DNA from: Octopus sinensis
Taxonomy: Eukaryota
Assembly (NCBI RefSeq): GCF_006345805.1
Contig: NC_043008.1
Span: 61,690,001 to 61,754,000 of the forward strand
Direction of reading: 5' to 3'
DNA length: 64,000 nucleotides
Positions 27,738 through 41,786 of the stretch are shown in pieces (position 1 is the first letter of the stretch; each line of letters begins with the position of its first letter). The notes under the pieces are model-generated. The model searched no databases. It was not told where the DNA came from and worked only from the letters and a program-made list of their open reading frames with translations. Both the position numbers and the translations under genes were made by a program.

Positions 27738-27859
27738 ATATTATATATATATATGTGTATATATGTATGTATATACACATACACATATAGAAAGGGGTGC
27801 GTTTTTGTATGCCTGTTTGTCTATTGTTAATCAAAATATAAAGACGCCGATGATGGAGA

Positions 27860-27876
27860 TGATGATGATGATGATG

Positions 27877-27928
<52 letters not shown>

Positions 27929-27937
27929 CAACAATAA
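27860..27937. repeat. (GAT)n-(AAT)n-(AAC)n compound microsatellite
   Basis: Read directly. Confidence 0.95.
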
Positions 27938-28318
27938 TAAAAACACCATTAGTAATAATACGAATAAAAAGGAGGAAAAGGAGGAGTATGTGGAGAAGAA
28001 GATGAGGTTGTTTATGATGTAGGTAGCGGTAAGCCTTAGTAATTGTGACGAGGAGAGGAAGAATAAAAGGAAAAAAGGAAGATAGGAAGCCAAAAATGTA
28101 TTACCTTTAATGAAGGTTTCGCTTCGCAGTTCGTGTAAAGAATAATAAACAACCTTCGAATATTCTCAAAGAAATGAAATTAAATAAGATACTCCAAAAC
28201 ACTTTACATCGCATAATTTATATCCAGCGCTGGTGATTTACTGTATATACATATATATATATACATACATGCATACATACATATATATATTATATATATA
28301 TATATTATATATATATTA

Positions 28319-28363
<45 letters not shown>

Positions 28364-28581
28364 GTATGTATATATATATTTGTATATATGTATATATATA
28401 TATATATATATACATACATACACACATATATATATATATACATATATATATATACATATATATAATATATATATATACATATATATATATTATTGTGATT
28501 AATAATAAATTCTCGGATATTCCATCTTCCGTCTGTCATTTAACACACACACGCACACACACATACACATACACAAATATA

Positions 28582-28643
<62 letters not shown>

Positions 28644-28656
28644 ATATATGTATGTG

Positions 28657-28715
<59 letters not shown>

Positions 28716-29399
28716 TATAATATTTATTAAATAAGGATTCTTGACTCATTCGGTATTCGTTTTTATGTGATTGATTTTATTGATTGTTGATATCTGTGAT
28801 ACATCATATGTTCCCAAAAACTGGTATATTCAAAATGATTTTTCTTTACACGAAGTACACTTTATATACAACATACTATACTCTGTAATTAAGTATTATT
28901 TAAAATTGATTACAAATAAGATAAAATCTAATAGTGCAAGATGGCTTGAAAGTAATCTATAAAATGTATGTAACCGCAACGTAATATATAAAATATAGCG
29001 TATGAAACTTACTATGTTATTACAGAAGAGCGGCTCGGTGTCAGGATATTTATCATTGTGCGAAATTGCACATTGGTAGTTCTTCTGGCCAATTAAGCCT
29101 TCATCTTATCGGAGTCGAGAAAACATGGACTAGTGTAGACAGATTCGATACATCCCTCCTTCAATTTTTCAGGCTTGTTTCTATTGTAAGAAGAATCAGT
29201 TGTATTGTATTTTAAGCATAAAAGAAATGGAAGAAAATATGACACAATACATGAGGCTACAAACTCCGAAAAAAAGCTAACATTAACGAGGAGAAAATAT
29301 AAATGGAATAAATTAAGAATTATCATGCTAGATACATGTACTCTCATATATGAAATTACTCTAGAAACAGACAGACGGAAGTTATATACAACACATGCG

Positions 29400-30050
29400 A
29401 AGGCGCACAGATGCATATTTGTTGATATCGCAAAGGCTTCTAACACGGTTTGCTATAAGGTAATATGGAAAGTCCTATCGAAGCTTGGGCTACCCGAAGA
29501 AATGTTGAATATGATTATAGTACTGCATCACAAACAGCGATCAATCATAAACGTTTAGTGTGGCGAACGTTATAAAACAAGAATATGTGCTGGCACCGAT
29601 GCTATACACATTGTGTTTTGCATGAATTATGCCTTGCTGACATTATAGATGTTCCTCACAGGAGGAATTTACTTTTAGCAAGTCTAAAACAAGACTAGGC
29701 TTTCAAACTGCAAGAGACCTGCTATTGACAGCTTGATGTACCCTGGAAATATCCACCTGTTACTAAACAAACTTGCTGCGGTTCTTTCGGCCGAACAAAG
29801 GCATTAAATGGACCGGACTCAATTTTCAGCCATGTCTCGTCAATAATCAACAGATTATGCCTAAAGTGTTTGTAGAGGGAAAAGATCAAAAAGCAGTTAT
29901 TTTCCCTATCTTCGTTCTACTGTCACAAACGGCACTAAGCTTGATGAAGTAAGTAAAACGCGTAAAAACAAAGAAAGTTCAGTATTCGGCAATCTGTACC
30001 AGTAACTCTGGAATACCAAAGATCTCTCTACTAAAGCCAAAATTGAAATA
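29400..30050 (+). pseudogene. Decayed RTE-clade LINE reverse transcriptase fragment
   Basis: FVDIAKASNTV...IWKVLSKLGLPEEMLNMI; KQEYVLAPMLY (~KQGCVLAPTLF); FPYLRSTV...LDE; SVFGNLYQ*LWNTKDLSTKAKI; with frameshifts and stops. Confidence 0.85.
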
Positions 30051-30058
30051 CTAGGTGC

Positions 30059-30143
30059 CACAAAAGTATTAAAATACATATATACCTTTTTTTATAATAA
30101 TATTATTAACAAAAATGTATATATGTATTTTAATACTTTTGTG
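30059..30143. repeat. AT-rich hairpin with perfect 27-bp arms
   Basis: cacaaaagtattaaaatacatatatac (30059-85) / gtatatatgtattttaatacttttgtg (30117-43). Confidence 0.9.
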
Positions 30144-30317
30144 ACAACCAATACTTAACACAACAAAGCTTATATAAAGCTTTACATTTTACTTTTGACA
30201 ATATTTTTCTAAAAAAGTGAAACCGGTCAAGTGAATAAACATCTTTAATATTTCATTCTTAAACCTCCTTTCATATATATATCCACTCGTTCGGTACCCT
30301 ACAACTTCACTTTGTTT

Positions 30318-30402
<85 letters not shown>

Positions 30403-30870
30403 ATACATATGAGCACTTATCTTGGCAAAGAGTTGCTTTGACTCTTATTTCTAGCAATACTAGTGTTTACTAGTTCCCTTAGTCACTTGAGTGACGTTTG
30501 TAGTTGTCTTTCTGTTGTGAATTGCTAATAAGCCATCTTTATTATTTATAATTTTTACTTTTACCAATTATTAAATCATTTTCTACGTAAATCTTATAAT
30601 TTGACGAGGTGAGCCAGCTTAACCATAGGCAGCCGAGCAGGTTCCACCCATGAGTATTAATAAAGATGTGAAATCACCGTGGATGATATAAGGAGCTTGA
30701 CTCCCTTGTCAGTCATACAGTAAGTGCTTTATGGTGGCAAAGAGCTGTTTTGAGGTTTTTTTCGAGCAATGCTGGTGCTTACTATTACCCGTGGTGACGT
30801 CTATAGTTCTGCCTTTAGGTTGTAAATTGCTAATAAATCAACTTTATTATTTATATGTATATGTGTGTGC

Positions 30871-30909
<39 letters not shown>

Positions 30910-30912
<3 letters not shown>

Positions 30913-31015
30913 GGCTCGAAACGTAAAATACTTTTTCTTTTCCTGAGCGTTATACTAATACATCTGTTTTGTACACCACCTGTCTTTGTCTTTCGTTTTT
31001 TTCGTAAACTCTCCC
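30910..31015 (+). mobile_element. Short element between two (TA)n tracts; probable 5'-truncated PLE-type tail starting at a hammerhead GAAAC half
   Basis: gtaggctcGAAACgtaaaatac...ctccc with (TA)n on both sides; the CUGANGA half is absent. Confidence 0.4.
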
Positions 31016-31017
31016 TA

Positions 31018-31077
<60 letters not shown>

Positions 31078-31943
31078 TAGTGGATTCCTATTTCAGAATA
31101 TTCTTATGCTTAATGAATTTGACTGTATTTCCTGTATAATTTCAAATCATTAGTACTTACACATATGTTACTCTTATGATCTTAAGATGTTACGAAATTT
31201 CACATGACGTTATGAAGATTCGAATAATCAGAAGAATTTAATATTTAGATAAAGGTATGAGTATGTGTGTGTATGCAGATTTTTTTTTCTGTGCGAACGT
31301 GCGGATGCTTATGCGCGGGTTTACTAATGTAACTACATGCAGTACGCTTTCATCCATAACTATTTTCAATAAGATATAGACTTACATGCAAAAAACCACC
31401 TATATGTATATGTTTATACTTACGAGCATGCATGTGCGTGCTTATCTCAGCACTTCTCTCTCCGTTTCTCTGTTGGGAAATATTATAGATTAGAGGTAGT
31501 TATGTTTGAATTTGTAGATGAATAATTTACATATATATTATTTTATTTACAAAATTCTGTAAAATATTCCAAACATCATTTATATATTTATTTAAATGTT
31601 ACGGAACGTGGTTTTATACAGGCTTTACACAGGAATATATTAAACATAAATGTCAATACTTATAATTATTGACTTGTATTAATTTAATTTTTCATGTTTA
31701 ATAAATGTAACGGGGGTAAGTTTCGAAATGGTGATAAACAGGCATAATCAATGTGATCTAACTCTGTGATCCTTAAAAAAACCCCAAAAATAAATAAAAT
31801 AAAACGAAAACTATCTGTTGATTTGAATATAAATTCCAATTTATATTTGATAATTTATCTCTTGCCTAAATTTGATTTATACGTGTATGTGTGTGTGTAC
31901 ATGCGCGCAGGTGTATATTTGTATGTATGCATGTATGTCTCTT

Positions 31944-31989
<46 letters not shown>

Positions 31990-32003
31990 TGTGTTTGTGT
32001 ATT

Positions 32004-32035
<32 letters not shown>

Positions 32036-32413
32036 TACGCATATATGCACACATTGAATTGAATATCTTCATTACGTATTTTTATTCGGGGACAATATTC
32101 TGATAATCTATCAAAATGTTTATGCTTAAAATTACTTGCTTAAAATTGGAATCCGTTAATTAGTGTATTAGTAATAATTTATTCATTGTTAATCATATTT
32201 AGTAATGGTACTACTGAACATGTTGCTTTATAAGTACTTGCTAGTATTTAAATAATAAATAAATGCTATATTTTAGTGTAATAAGATAATTGATGGCGGA
32301 TGCTTTAATTAGTATTACACAAAAATTCATATATTACTTGGATAATCAATTAGTTTATGCAATTGCAACTGTGTGTGCGTGCCTACACATGCACACATAC
32401 ACAAACACATTTA

Positions 32414-32570
32414 GGTACTGGCGTAAATATGTGGTAGGAGGTTTCCTTCCCAATCACATGGTTCCGAGTTCAGTCCCACTGCCAGGAAATTGAGAAAGTG
32501 CCTTTTACTATGGCCTCGTGCCGACCAAAGCCTTCTGAGTGGGTTTGGTAGAAACTGAAAGAATCCCGTA

Positions 32571-32572
<2 letters not shown>
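32414..32572 (+). mobile_element. Degenerate CORE-like SINE head
   Basis: gtggtaggag...cacatggttccgagttcagtcccactg...gccgaccaaagcctt, similar to 35997. Confidence 0.8.
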
Positions 32573-32605
<33 letters not shown>

Positions 32606-32760
32606 ACAAATCTACAAACTGTCATGTGCTGGTATGTACATAAATATATTGATACGTATACTCCTAAGTTGATATTTCTTCATATATATCCATCTCTCCC
32701 CCTATGTATCTATTATCTATCCATCTCTTTCACTATATATATATATATATATATATATAA

Positions 32761-32992
32761 ATTTCTTTACTACCCACAAGGGGCTAAACACAGAGAGGGA
32801 AAGCAAGGACAGACAAACGGATTAAGTTGATCATATCGACCCCAGTGCGTAACTGGTACTTATTTAATCGACCCCGAAAGGATGAAAGGCAAAGTCGACC
32901 TCGGCGGAATTTGAACTCAGAACGTAGCGGCAGACGAAATTCTGTTAAGCATTTCGCCCGGCGTGCTAACGTTTCTGCCAGCTCGCCGCCTT
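32761..32992 (-). mobile_element. Full-length Nin-type SINE
   Basis: Near reverse complement of 14383-14616; both flanks start ctttcactata(ta)n (probable TSD). Confidence 0.92.
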
Positions 32993-32996
32993 CCTT

Positions 32997-33039
<43 letters not shown>

Positions 33040-33064
33040 TATATATGTGTGTGTATATATATAT

Positions 33065-33106
<42 letters not shown>

Positions 33107-34339
33107 CAATTGTGTACACACACAAGCAAATGTGTGTGTATATATATATATATATTTATACAGAGGGGAGGGGGAGTGAGTTAAAGAGAGAGAAAGAGAG
33201 AAAAGCGAATTACGTACACACACACGCAAACATATATGGATCTATATGAGACCGCGTGTGGAACAGATATATGCTTAGCTATACGCAAATAAATCATATT
33301 AAATATGTGATGTAGTTTTATCGATACTTCTGTGATATCTTCGCGGCAATTAGGAAGATGCATAAAAATAATTCATAAAGACATGTAATATATCGATATG
33401 TATGTGTATACAGACGCATCTGTACACGTGCGAGCATTTAAAAGCAAGATAAACTCAAAATCATTAATGACATGTGTAAGTAAATAAAAAGCAATAATTA
33501 AAATATAACAAGCAGCGTAATTAAAACTACTTGAAAATGAAAATTAAGCGAAACTTCATTTATTTAATAATATCTTATTTTTGACATGCTTAAATCGGGA
33601 AGTGGAAACGGTTTTTTAATGAAGGTGCTTTAAAGACAATCTATTTGTGATAATCGTAGTTACAGTTATTTTGTCGTATATCTATCATTTATCTTCATCT
33701 GAAATGCATTACATGTGTCTCCGCGTGGCGTACGTTTCACTGAGTAATATGTCCAGTTATTCTAGTTCAGGTCCTTCTCAGGCAACAGTTTTTTCTAAAG
33801 TTGTGCCGTAGCAGTTATACCAACATGGGTTGCACCGAACATATTGACTGTTTTATCCAAGACAAAATCAACCGAATATGTGAAACATAAATCTTTGATT
33901 AACTTGGATATAATATGAGTACGGGTCTTTCCATACGAAACATAATTTGTTATGTTACCAAAATACGTATAGTTACATATTTCACTCGTTACGAGATCAG
34001 CACATCTCTGTTTATATATTATGAGTAGAGACGATAGGCTGCCATCTCTAGCAGGCAGTTATCCAGTACCGATGAAGTACCGATGGTTCTGGGTGCCGAT
34101 AAAGGCCCAGAAACCATGGTCACTTGATCTGGCCAAGTGGAAGGGTAATGATTCGCTTCCTTGTTCACAATATATGGGACACTGTTTCGTGTCGTTAAGC
34201 AGCTGGAAAATACATTTTCCTGAGGTTAAAATGTAGTAACATTGTTCTTTGTAGAACAGCTATATTATAGTGGCAAAAAACGTTACTGTCTTGTATTAGA
34301 GATTTTAGAACCAGTTATTTTGCTCATTATATATATCTA

Positions 34340-34847
34340 CATGAGGTCTGATCAGTAAGTAACCAGAATGTTGCTATAGTAACGAAGCTAAGCATGCATA
34401 GTGAAGCTGCTTGGAAAAGATTGACCTTGAAGTTCGTTGTACATGCGAATTACGTTTTAACGTTCTAGCTGACTTTCGCTCTTTACGGCACTTCTTGGAA
34501 GGAACGTGTGTAGCTGTGGTCGTCGCATTGACCATGAGAGAGAAAGTTTTCATGGCGATACCTGCTCAGAAACCTTTGCAAAGTTGCCGAAAATGTATGA
34601 AGAGCAGTATATGAGCCGCATTCAACTGTACGAGTGGTTCAGATGTTTCCAGAATGGCCGAATAAATGTGGATAGTAACGAAGAATCAGAACAGAAAAGC
34701 AACGCTGATATGCGTGCAACTGTGAGGTGAAATCGTCGAATCACCATACCTGAGTTATCAGGTTATGTGTAGAATAGTTACGGTTCAGTTCAGTCCATTA
34801 TAACTGAAGATTTGAGTGTGAGACGCGTTTTTCCCAAGTTTGTGCCA
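34340..34847 (+). mobile_element. Mariner 5' remnant: TA + TIR + N-terminal HTH of transposase
   Basis: TA|catgaggtctgatcagtaagt TIR-like start. HGDTCSETFAKL..MY...MSRIQLYEWFRCFQNGRINV...TVR*NRRITIPEL...SYGSVQSIITEDLSVRRVFPKFVP ends at the WVPHEL-equivalent motif. Confidence 0.88.
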
Positions 34848-35659
34848 GACAGAAAGAAGAAACAGAGAACCAGACAGTCAGAAATGAAAGAGAGTACTAA
34901 ATTGATCAACTTGTTCTACTTTTGAAATCGCTAGGTTTTGATCTGGATTTGAATGGATATTTAATGTTAATGAAGTGATCGACAAAATATAAGATGGCTA
35001 AACGGCTACTATTGGATGTTTAAACGTTTTACGCAGCATGCAGCAATGTTGGAAACAAGGTATTACGAAAATCCTTGATTCTTCGAATCGAAATTGTTTC
35101 CCTGAGTCATTTATTGAAACAAGTATTAAAATACGAACAGATTTGCAAGCGTAATATATTTCCATTTAAGTGATTGTCACCAATGCAATATAGAGAGAAG
35201 GAAAAAAGTAACAAGTCGTAACATACTGCCTTCCAGACTTTCTGTCTGTTGTGAATTAACTACATATAAAACCCTAAAACATTTCGGGAAAAGTACCGAA
35301 ATACTAACATTTAAGTGTAGACATTTAAATCCTAATCATCTCTCTCGAGTGGTTCACGTAAAGCATTAAAATATTTTTACATTATCTATTTATAATCATT
35401 ATCACTTGCTTGCGCGTATTAAGCAGTGAGCTTAGGATAGCATATTTGTATAATAAATTTACATTCTAAAGATAGTAGCTAAATCTGTCTCATGACATTA
35501 TCTGCTACTTAAAGGAAACAAAAAGGCATATTGTTCAATGTAGTTCTCAATATAATATGTCTACCACACTAAGCATTCTGATATACATATATAGGTTACA
35601 ATTGGCGTGACTTAATCTTTTTTGTTTGCGGCTTACCTCCGTGTTTGCCTTCAGAGATT

Positions 35660-35790
35660 AAATGCCGCAGGAATTGATTTTGCCTTTCATCCTCTTGGGG
35701 TTGGTAGAATAAGTACCAGTTCAACAGTAGGGTCGATGTAATCCATTATACCCCTCCTGTAAAATTTCAGGTCTCCTACTTATAATAGAA
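35660..35790 (+). mobile_element. Degenerate Nin-type SINE fragment
   Basis: tttgcctttcatcctcttggggttggtagaataagtaccagtt...gggtcgatgtaatc. Confidence 0.75.
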
Positions 35791-35996
35791 AGAATTATTC
35801 GTGCGTGTATCGCACCTAGTTGGGGAAAATAAATACAGCATGAGCCGAATATGCAACACACGCGTCAAATATTTTTACCATTTTACACACCGAGACTTCA
35901 ACCTGACATCATGTTTTATAGTTTTCAATTTGCAACAAATATGTCACCAAAGGTATATATCAATCTAGCGTTTCGATAAATAAAAAAATATCCACT

Positions 35997-36156
35997 GAAG
36001 GAGTGGCAGTGTGGTAAGTAGCTTGCTTACCAACCACATGTGTCCGGGTTCAGTCCCACTGCGTGACACTTTGGGCAAGTGTCTTCTACTATAGCCTCGG
36101 GCCGACCAAAGCCTTGTGAGTGGATTTGGTAGACTGATACTGAAAGAAGCCCATCG

Positions 36157-36234
<78 letters not shown>

Positions 36235-36452
36235 TTGTGCGTCTGTGTTTGTCCACCCAACATCGCTTGACAACCGATGCTGGTGTGTTTACGAAGCCCG
36301 TAACTTAGCGGTTCGGCAAAAGAGACCGATAGAATAATTACTAGGCTTGCAAAGGATAAGTCCTGGAGCCGATTTGCTCGACTAAAGGTGGTGCTCCAGC
36401 ATGGCCGCAGTCAAATGACTGAAACAATTAAAATAGTAAAGAGTAAAAGAGT
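35997..36452 (+). mobile_element. CORE-like composite SINE (head + TA/TG repeat + tail)
   Basis: ggagtggcagtgtggtaagtagcttgc; gggttcagtccc; ctttgggcaagtgtcttc; tail ends gagtaaaagagt. Confidence 0.9.
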
Positions 36453-36766
36453 ATATATCGATGATGTGTTGATTATATAACATCTGCAAACACAGTTTAA
36501 TTCCTATACAGATATACTTGAATATTATACATTCGGTATCGTAGTTTTCAAGTATTTAACACGCAGCATAGCGTTTCAATATCATTGTATAGACACATAT
36601 TAGTTTTGTTTAAGGATAATTATGATACTTCTCTAGCTTCAAAATAAGGACATTTAAGTACCAGACACACAAATAGCGATACTGAGCTCACCCAATATCT
36701 TACTTGAAAACTGTATGGCATAATTCCCAATTCGCCTTATTATTTAGTCATTGTCATAAAATAAGC

Positions 36767-37378
36767 AAGCTCACTGGATTAGCAGCTGAGAATAGCGACC
36801 CCTGTTTACGAAGAATGCAAGTATGATCGGAGGCCATCTACATTTTATGATGACAACTACTGATTAAAATAAAACGCATTCGCGCTTTTAAAAACCAAAA
36901 TTATCCTTGATGTATAAGTACGAAAACGTAGAAGTCATGTACGGTTAGATGCAGAACAAATAAAAGTATGGGGTTTATGAATTCAGGCTCGCTGAAACTG
37001 CGAAGTCAATGAGAAATTTCGATAGCGACAAATAGAGATATACTGCATCAAGCTAGCAGAATCTGGATTCAATTCTTTTCTTCTCAATAGGCTGTATTCC
37101 CATTCACGAGCATCAGCTAATACCGACGCGGTGCCACTTCATCAGCAATTGTGTGGTAAAGGCTAAATAAACATATATCGTCGTGGAAATCGGTTCACAA
37201 GTAAGCTCACTGGATTAACAGCTGAGAATTGCGACCCCTGTTTACGAAGAATGCAAGTACGATCGGAGGCCATCTACATTTTATGATGACAACTAATGAT
37301 TAAAATAAAACGCGTTCGCGCTTTTAAAATCCCAAATTATCCTTGATGTATAAGTATGAAAACGTAGAAGCCATGTAC
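36767..37378. repeat. A-B-A partial tandem duplication (period 436 bp)
   Basis: A1 36767-36942 vs A2 37203-37378, about 9 substitutions in 176 bp. Confidence 0.95.
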
Positions 37379-37663
37379 AGAGTGTTCTCAATTGACATAT
37401 TTAATTTCGCTATCAAAACAGAATCATTCAAACAATCAAAAATTTAAACGCAGCATCTATTTCCAACATACGTCTAAATGAATATACATTATATACTATT
37501 CGCATACACACAGGCACGCGCACCGCGCACAGACTTACACACATTTATATGTATAGAAAATTTAGGGAGGGTAAAAGTTAGACACAGAGGTGGATAACGT
37601 AAGCTATACATGTAAATGTTACAAGTAATACCTAAAAATACAAATATCAATATAAATTTTTAA

Positions 37664-37830
37664 AAAGGCGGCAAGAAGGTGGAGTCATTAGCACGCCGGA
37701 CAAAAGGCCTAGCGGCATTCTCTTTGCCGCCGTAGTCGACTTTGCCTTCAACCCTTCAGGGTCGATAAAATAAATATTAGCTGTGTACTGGAGCCCGAAA
37801 TTACTGGCCTTGTGCCAAAATACGAAATCA
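37664..37830 (+). mobile_element. Degenerate, internally deleted Nin-type SINE
   Basis: aaggcggc...ttagcacgccgg...gtcgactttgccttcaacccttcagggtcgataaaataa. Confidence 0.75.
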
Positions 37831-38104
37831 ATATCAATTATAAAAATCAATTTACCACAATCGTCTGTATTATTTTTGTATACCTTCACGTCGTTGTCGA
37901 GGAAAATATCTATCGTTATCTACTTTGGCTAAACCAAAGTCTTGTTGTTTCAAATAAAACATTTTGTATAGAGATTGCATTAAATGGTGAACTGTCTCTC
38001 GTTCGGTGTTCCTTTTTTTCTAATTAGTAATTGTTATTACTACAAATACATACTAAGAATATATGTATTTTATACATGTATGTAGAATGAAAGGGAGGAT
38101 GAGA

Positions 38105-38545
38105 AATATATATGTATGCATGTATGTATGTATGTATGTATGTATGTATGTATGTATGTATGTATGTATGTATGTATGTATGTATGTATGTATGCATGCA
38201 TGCATGCATGCATACATGTATGTATGTATATATGTATGTATGTGTGCATGTATGTATGTGTGTATGTATTTATGTAGGTAGGTATACGTGCAGATTTGTA
38301 TATTTGAGTTATATATCTCTTCTCATGCAAATACATGCATATCTTGACATGCTCATATGTACTTAAATGATCAACTTCTGGAAAGTTATACAGATTTTTA
38401 TAGTTGCAGTGATGGATCGAATCTCTATGTATATATGTATGTATCTATGTATGTATGTATGTAAGTATGTATGTATGTATTTATGTATGTATGTATGTAT
38501 GTATGTATGTATGTATGTATGTATGTATGTATGTATGCATGCAAG
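38105..38545. repeat. Two (ATGT)n tetranucleotide tracts
   Basis: Read directly at ~38105-38275 and ~38425-38545. Confidence 0.95.
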
Positions 38546-39929
38546 CATGCATGAATGAAAAAAGCGAAAATTATTTTCTACTTGCTAGTTTATTTGAAAT
38601 CTCATTCTTTTTTAGACAAGGATTTCACAAGAAGTAATTGTAATAAGAAAATAGCCCAAAACTATATATAACCATTGTGTATATAGTCATTTATGCTGAG
38701 AAATGTGAGTTCGTGTGTTTCATTTGTATGAGTGTAAGAGAGTAAAAGAACGTGGTGGGTAGGAGATGTAGAAAGAAGTAAAGAATTTGAAAGGGAAATA
38801 ATTCAGTTTGACGACATTTACAGGCAATTTCTGCACTTTATTCTTACTCAACATTGCCGCTACCATGCTTATTGTAGCTGTCAGCCTTTTAACATCTGTA
38901 TACTTGAAATCTTCCCATTTCCCTGAAATGGAGATTTGGGTTCATACTTAAAGATGCAATACTGCAGAAAATTATGTAAAAGTTTCTTAAATATATATTT
39001 GCGTTGCTAGAAGAGAAATGTACACGCTTCCAAGGTTCTATTAGAATATTAAGTGCTAGTGATCATGACGCAAAACCATTTATGATTTTCCAGAACTATT
39101 TTCAATTTCAGTTTTACTATAAATTTTATGATTAAATATTGACAGCCGTGTTAATTCGGTAAGTAAATGATCAAGTAATAGCTAACATTTCAGAAATATA
39201 TTCTGGAGTCGACTGTACTTTTCATATTACATAGAGTTGACGATATAAGAAAGGAAAATTGAAAAGGGTAATGAAAGCTAGTAAGACAGGCCACAGATAT
39301 AATGAAATATTATGGCTTACCTTAAATCATGTCTCGGTAGTAAAATACTTTTTTACGATGAAATTATGATGATTAATCACTTTAATTTATGTCTCTCTTC
39401 CTTTGTGGTTAAAACTCAAAGTACATCTGACGTTGGTATATTTAATAATATGCCAACTTCTACACAAAACATTGCTACGACACTAAACAGTGATGCTATA
39501 ATATAGTCTCCAGCCTATTTAGACTAAGGGCATCTTTCGTTTTCTTCCAACCAGAAAATTTAATCTCATAAAATCTGAAAACAAAAAAAAAATGAACAAA
39601 AGATCAATGTTTATACAATGTTGTTTGCTGATGAGAAATATCGCATTTATTATTTTGGAAAATTTATAGTAATGAAGTTAGAAGCATTTAAAATTATGTA
39701 TTTTGAGCCAATGAATTTTAAGCCACTGGCCTCAGAGCAGATGTTGAAACTGTTTTTTTGTCATGACATCTCCGCCTCATTAATTAATTTCTTCAATTCA
39801 GCACAAGGCCATCATCAGCCGGCTATTCGTTCGAAAACTTCCCTTGATAATGACTTCTTAAAGAAGTTTTTCGACAGAGAAAATACAGAGGAAGAAGCTG
39901 CAGCGTTAGATTCTTTTACTTTGACACAG

Positions 39930-40730
39930 AAAATGAAGATGGTGAAAGAAGCGGTCATTTTCTTTTTTTTTTTTCACAAGAAAAGGGAGTTCTTTGTTAG
40001 AAGTGAAGAAAACGTCATAATATGAAGATAAACAAAACGTTTGCTGCATGTACTGGACATGTAGCAGGAGAAAATGCTGAGAATCTGTGTCTGTTAGAAG
40101 AGGCACATGGTTGTAATGAGGAACCCTCCCACATGGAAGTTACATTTTATTTATCTCCTGCTCGGTCAAAGAGATGACAACAACTAGGTTTTGTAAAGAT
40201 GAACTAGGAACCTGTGCGACCGCGGCAGAAGGTTATAAAAATTATTTGCGTGCGGTCTATGTAGACGATATGCTCCGCAATCCAATAAAGATTCGTGGTC
40301 CTAACAGAATTCTTGAAAAAGTTGAAATGAAGGTTTTGAGAAGAACAACCAGAGTCGATTACTACTCGGAGAGTGGATTTTCCGTAGTGTGTGTCGCGAA
40401 ACTTGGTAAGTTTATATATTCGTTATACATTCTCAGAATCGTGATACGCTTGAAGATTGCATTCGTCAGCCAATTCTACCGTGAACAGCTATTTACAGTG
40501 ATCTGTAGCGCGTATACTTGTATATTCCTGAGATACCAGAGTACAGATTGCACAATAGAACGGCGAAACATAACGCTGAGTTTGTAAACATAAGTATAAT
40601 GCGCTTGGGCCTATCTTAAGTGAGGGAATAAACGGCGCTGTGACTCTCATCGTTCTACAGCGAACTCGTAACTCTGTGAGTTTATGTAGCGCTGCATGTA
40701 TGAAAAATATGATTTGTTTGAAAAGATACC
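39930..40730 (+). pseudogene. Merlin DDE transposase pseudogene
   Basis: Across frameshifts: WTCSRRKC*ESVSVRRGTWL; YKNYLRAV..DDMLRNPIKIRGPNRILE; GEWIFRSVCRET; RDTLEDCIRQPILP*TAIYSDL*R.Y; HNAEFVN; AWAYLK; LCEFM*R...DLFEKI. Confidence 0.9.
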
Positions 40731-41504
40731 ACAGTGCACAGCTCGATTTTGTTAAATTCATATCACTCCGCTATATTAGATTATTTCATCACTGTTTTCT
40801 TTTATTAACAGTGAGTGAGTTTTCGTTTGATTTCTTCAATATTAATTCCAGACCGAAACCTGTGACAATCGAAATTATATTATTATTCTAACTACATAAA
40901 TATAAACCTTTTAGTGGTTGCAAAAATCAAAACGGAGGTTCGTTCTCTTTCATTAAACTCCATGTGAAAAAAAATGTTTATTGTTTAATCTTTGTTTTCT
41001 TTCATTAAGTTCTGTTTTTTTTATTAATTCCTTTCTTTCTTTCCTTTCTTTCTTTCTTTTCTTACATTAATTGTTTTTTTTTTATTAATTCCTTTCTTTC
41101 TTTCTTTTCTTTCATTCATTGTTTTTTTGGGGTTTTTTTTTTTAACTGTAACATTTTGTTGGTTTGCTTTCAAAAAATTGGTTTAAAAAAACACCTATTC
41201 AATTTTTACTCTTCCCTTCTTTTTTACGGCAGTTCGGTGGGTAAACAACGATATTCTGGTTGTTTCCATGGTTGCCATTTCCACTTGTGAGGACACTCGA
41301 CTCACATCATTGGCTAAAAATATATAACTTTAAATGCTTCTATCTTGTTTATTATCAACGAAACAAAAAAATGAATGCGATAATTTATCTTTTAAATTAG
41401 AGTACGGCAATCCTGGGGCACCACCTAGAAGAAAATTTGGTCAAATGAAACCACGCCACTATCTTTTTTTAAACATTGCACTTATTTTATCAATTTCTTT
41501 TGAA

Positions 41505-41786
41505 GAATCGCTAAGTTACGAGGACGTAAACAAACCAGTATCGGTTGTCAAGTGGTTGCGATCGACAAATGCATACAGCAATACACGCACACATACACAC
41601 TTGCACTTTCCCACGCACACACACAAATTTATATATACGAGGAGCTTTGTGTTTTCGTCTATCAAATCCACTCACAAGGCCTTACTCATCCCTTGACTAT
41701 AGTAGAAGATACTTCCTACGCAGTGGGACTGAACCCGGAAACATGAGGCAAGGAAGCAAGCTTCTTGCCACACACCCATGCCTGCG
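41505..41786 (-). mobile_element. CORE-like SINE nested inside the Merlin element
   Basis: aaatccactcacaagg...gcagtgggactgaacccggaa...ccatgcctgcg resembles 27400-27547. Confidence 0.82.

Noticed and set aside
37135-37150. Antisense CTGATGA in segment B (also at ~44172)
   Set aside because: No downstream GAAA or stem II, so not a hammerhead.
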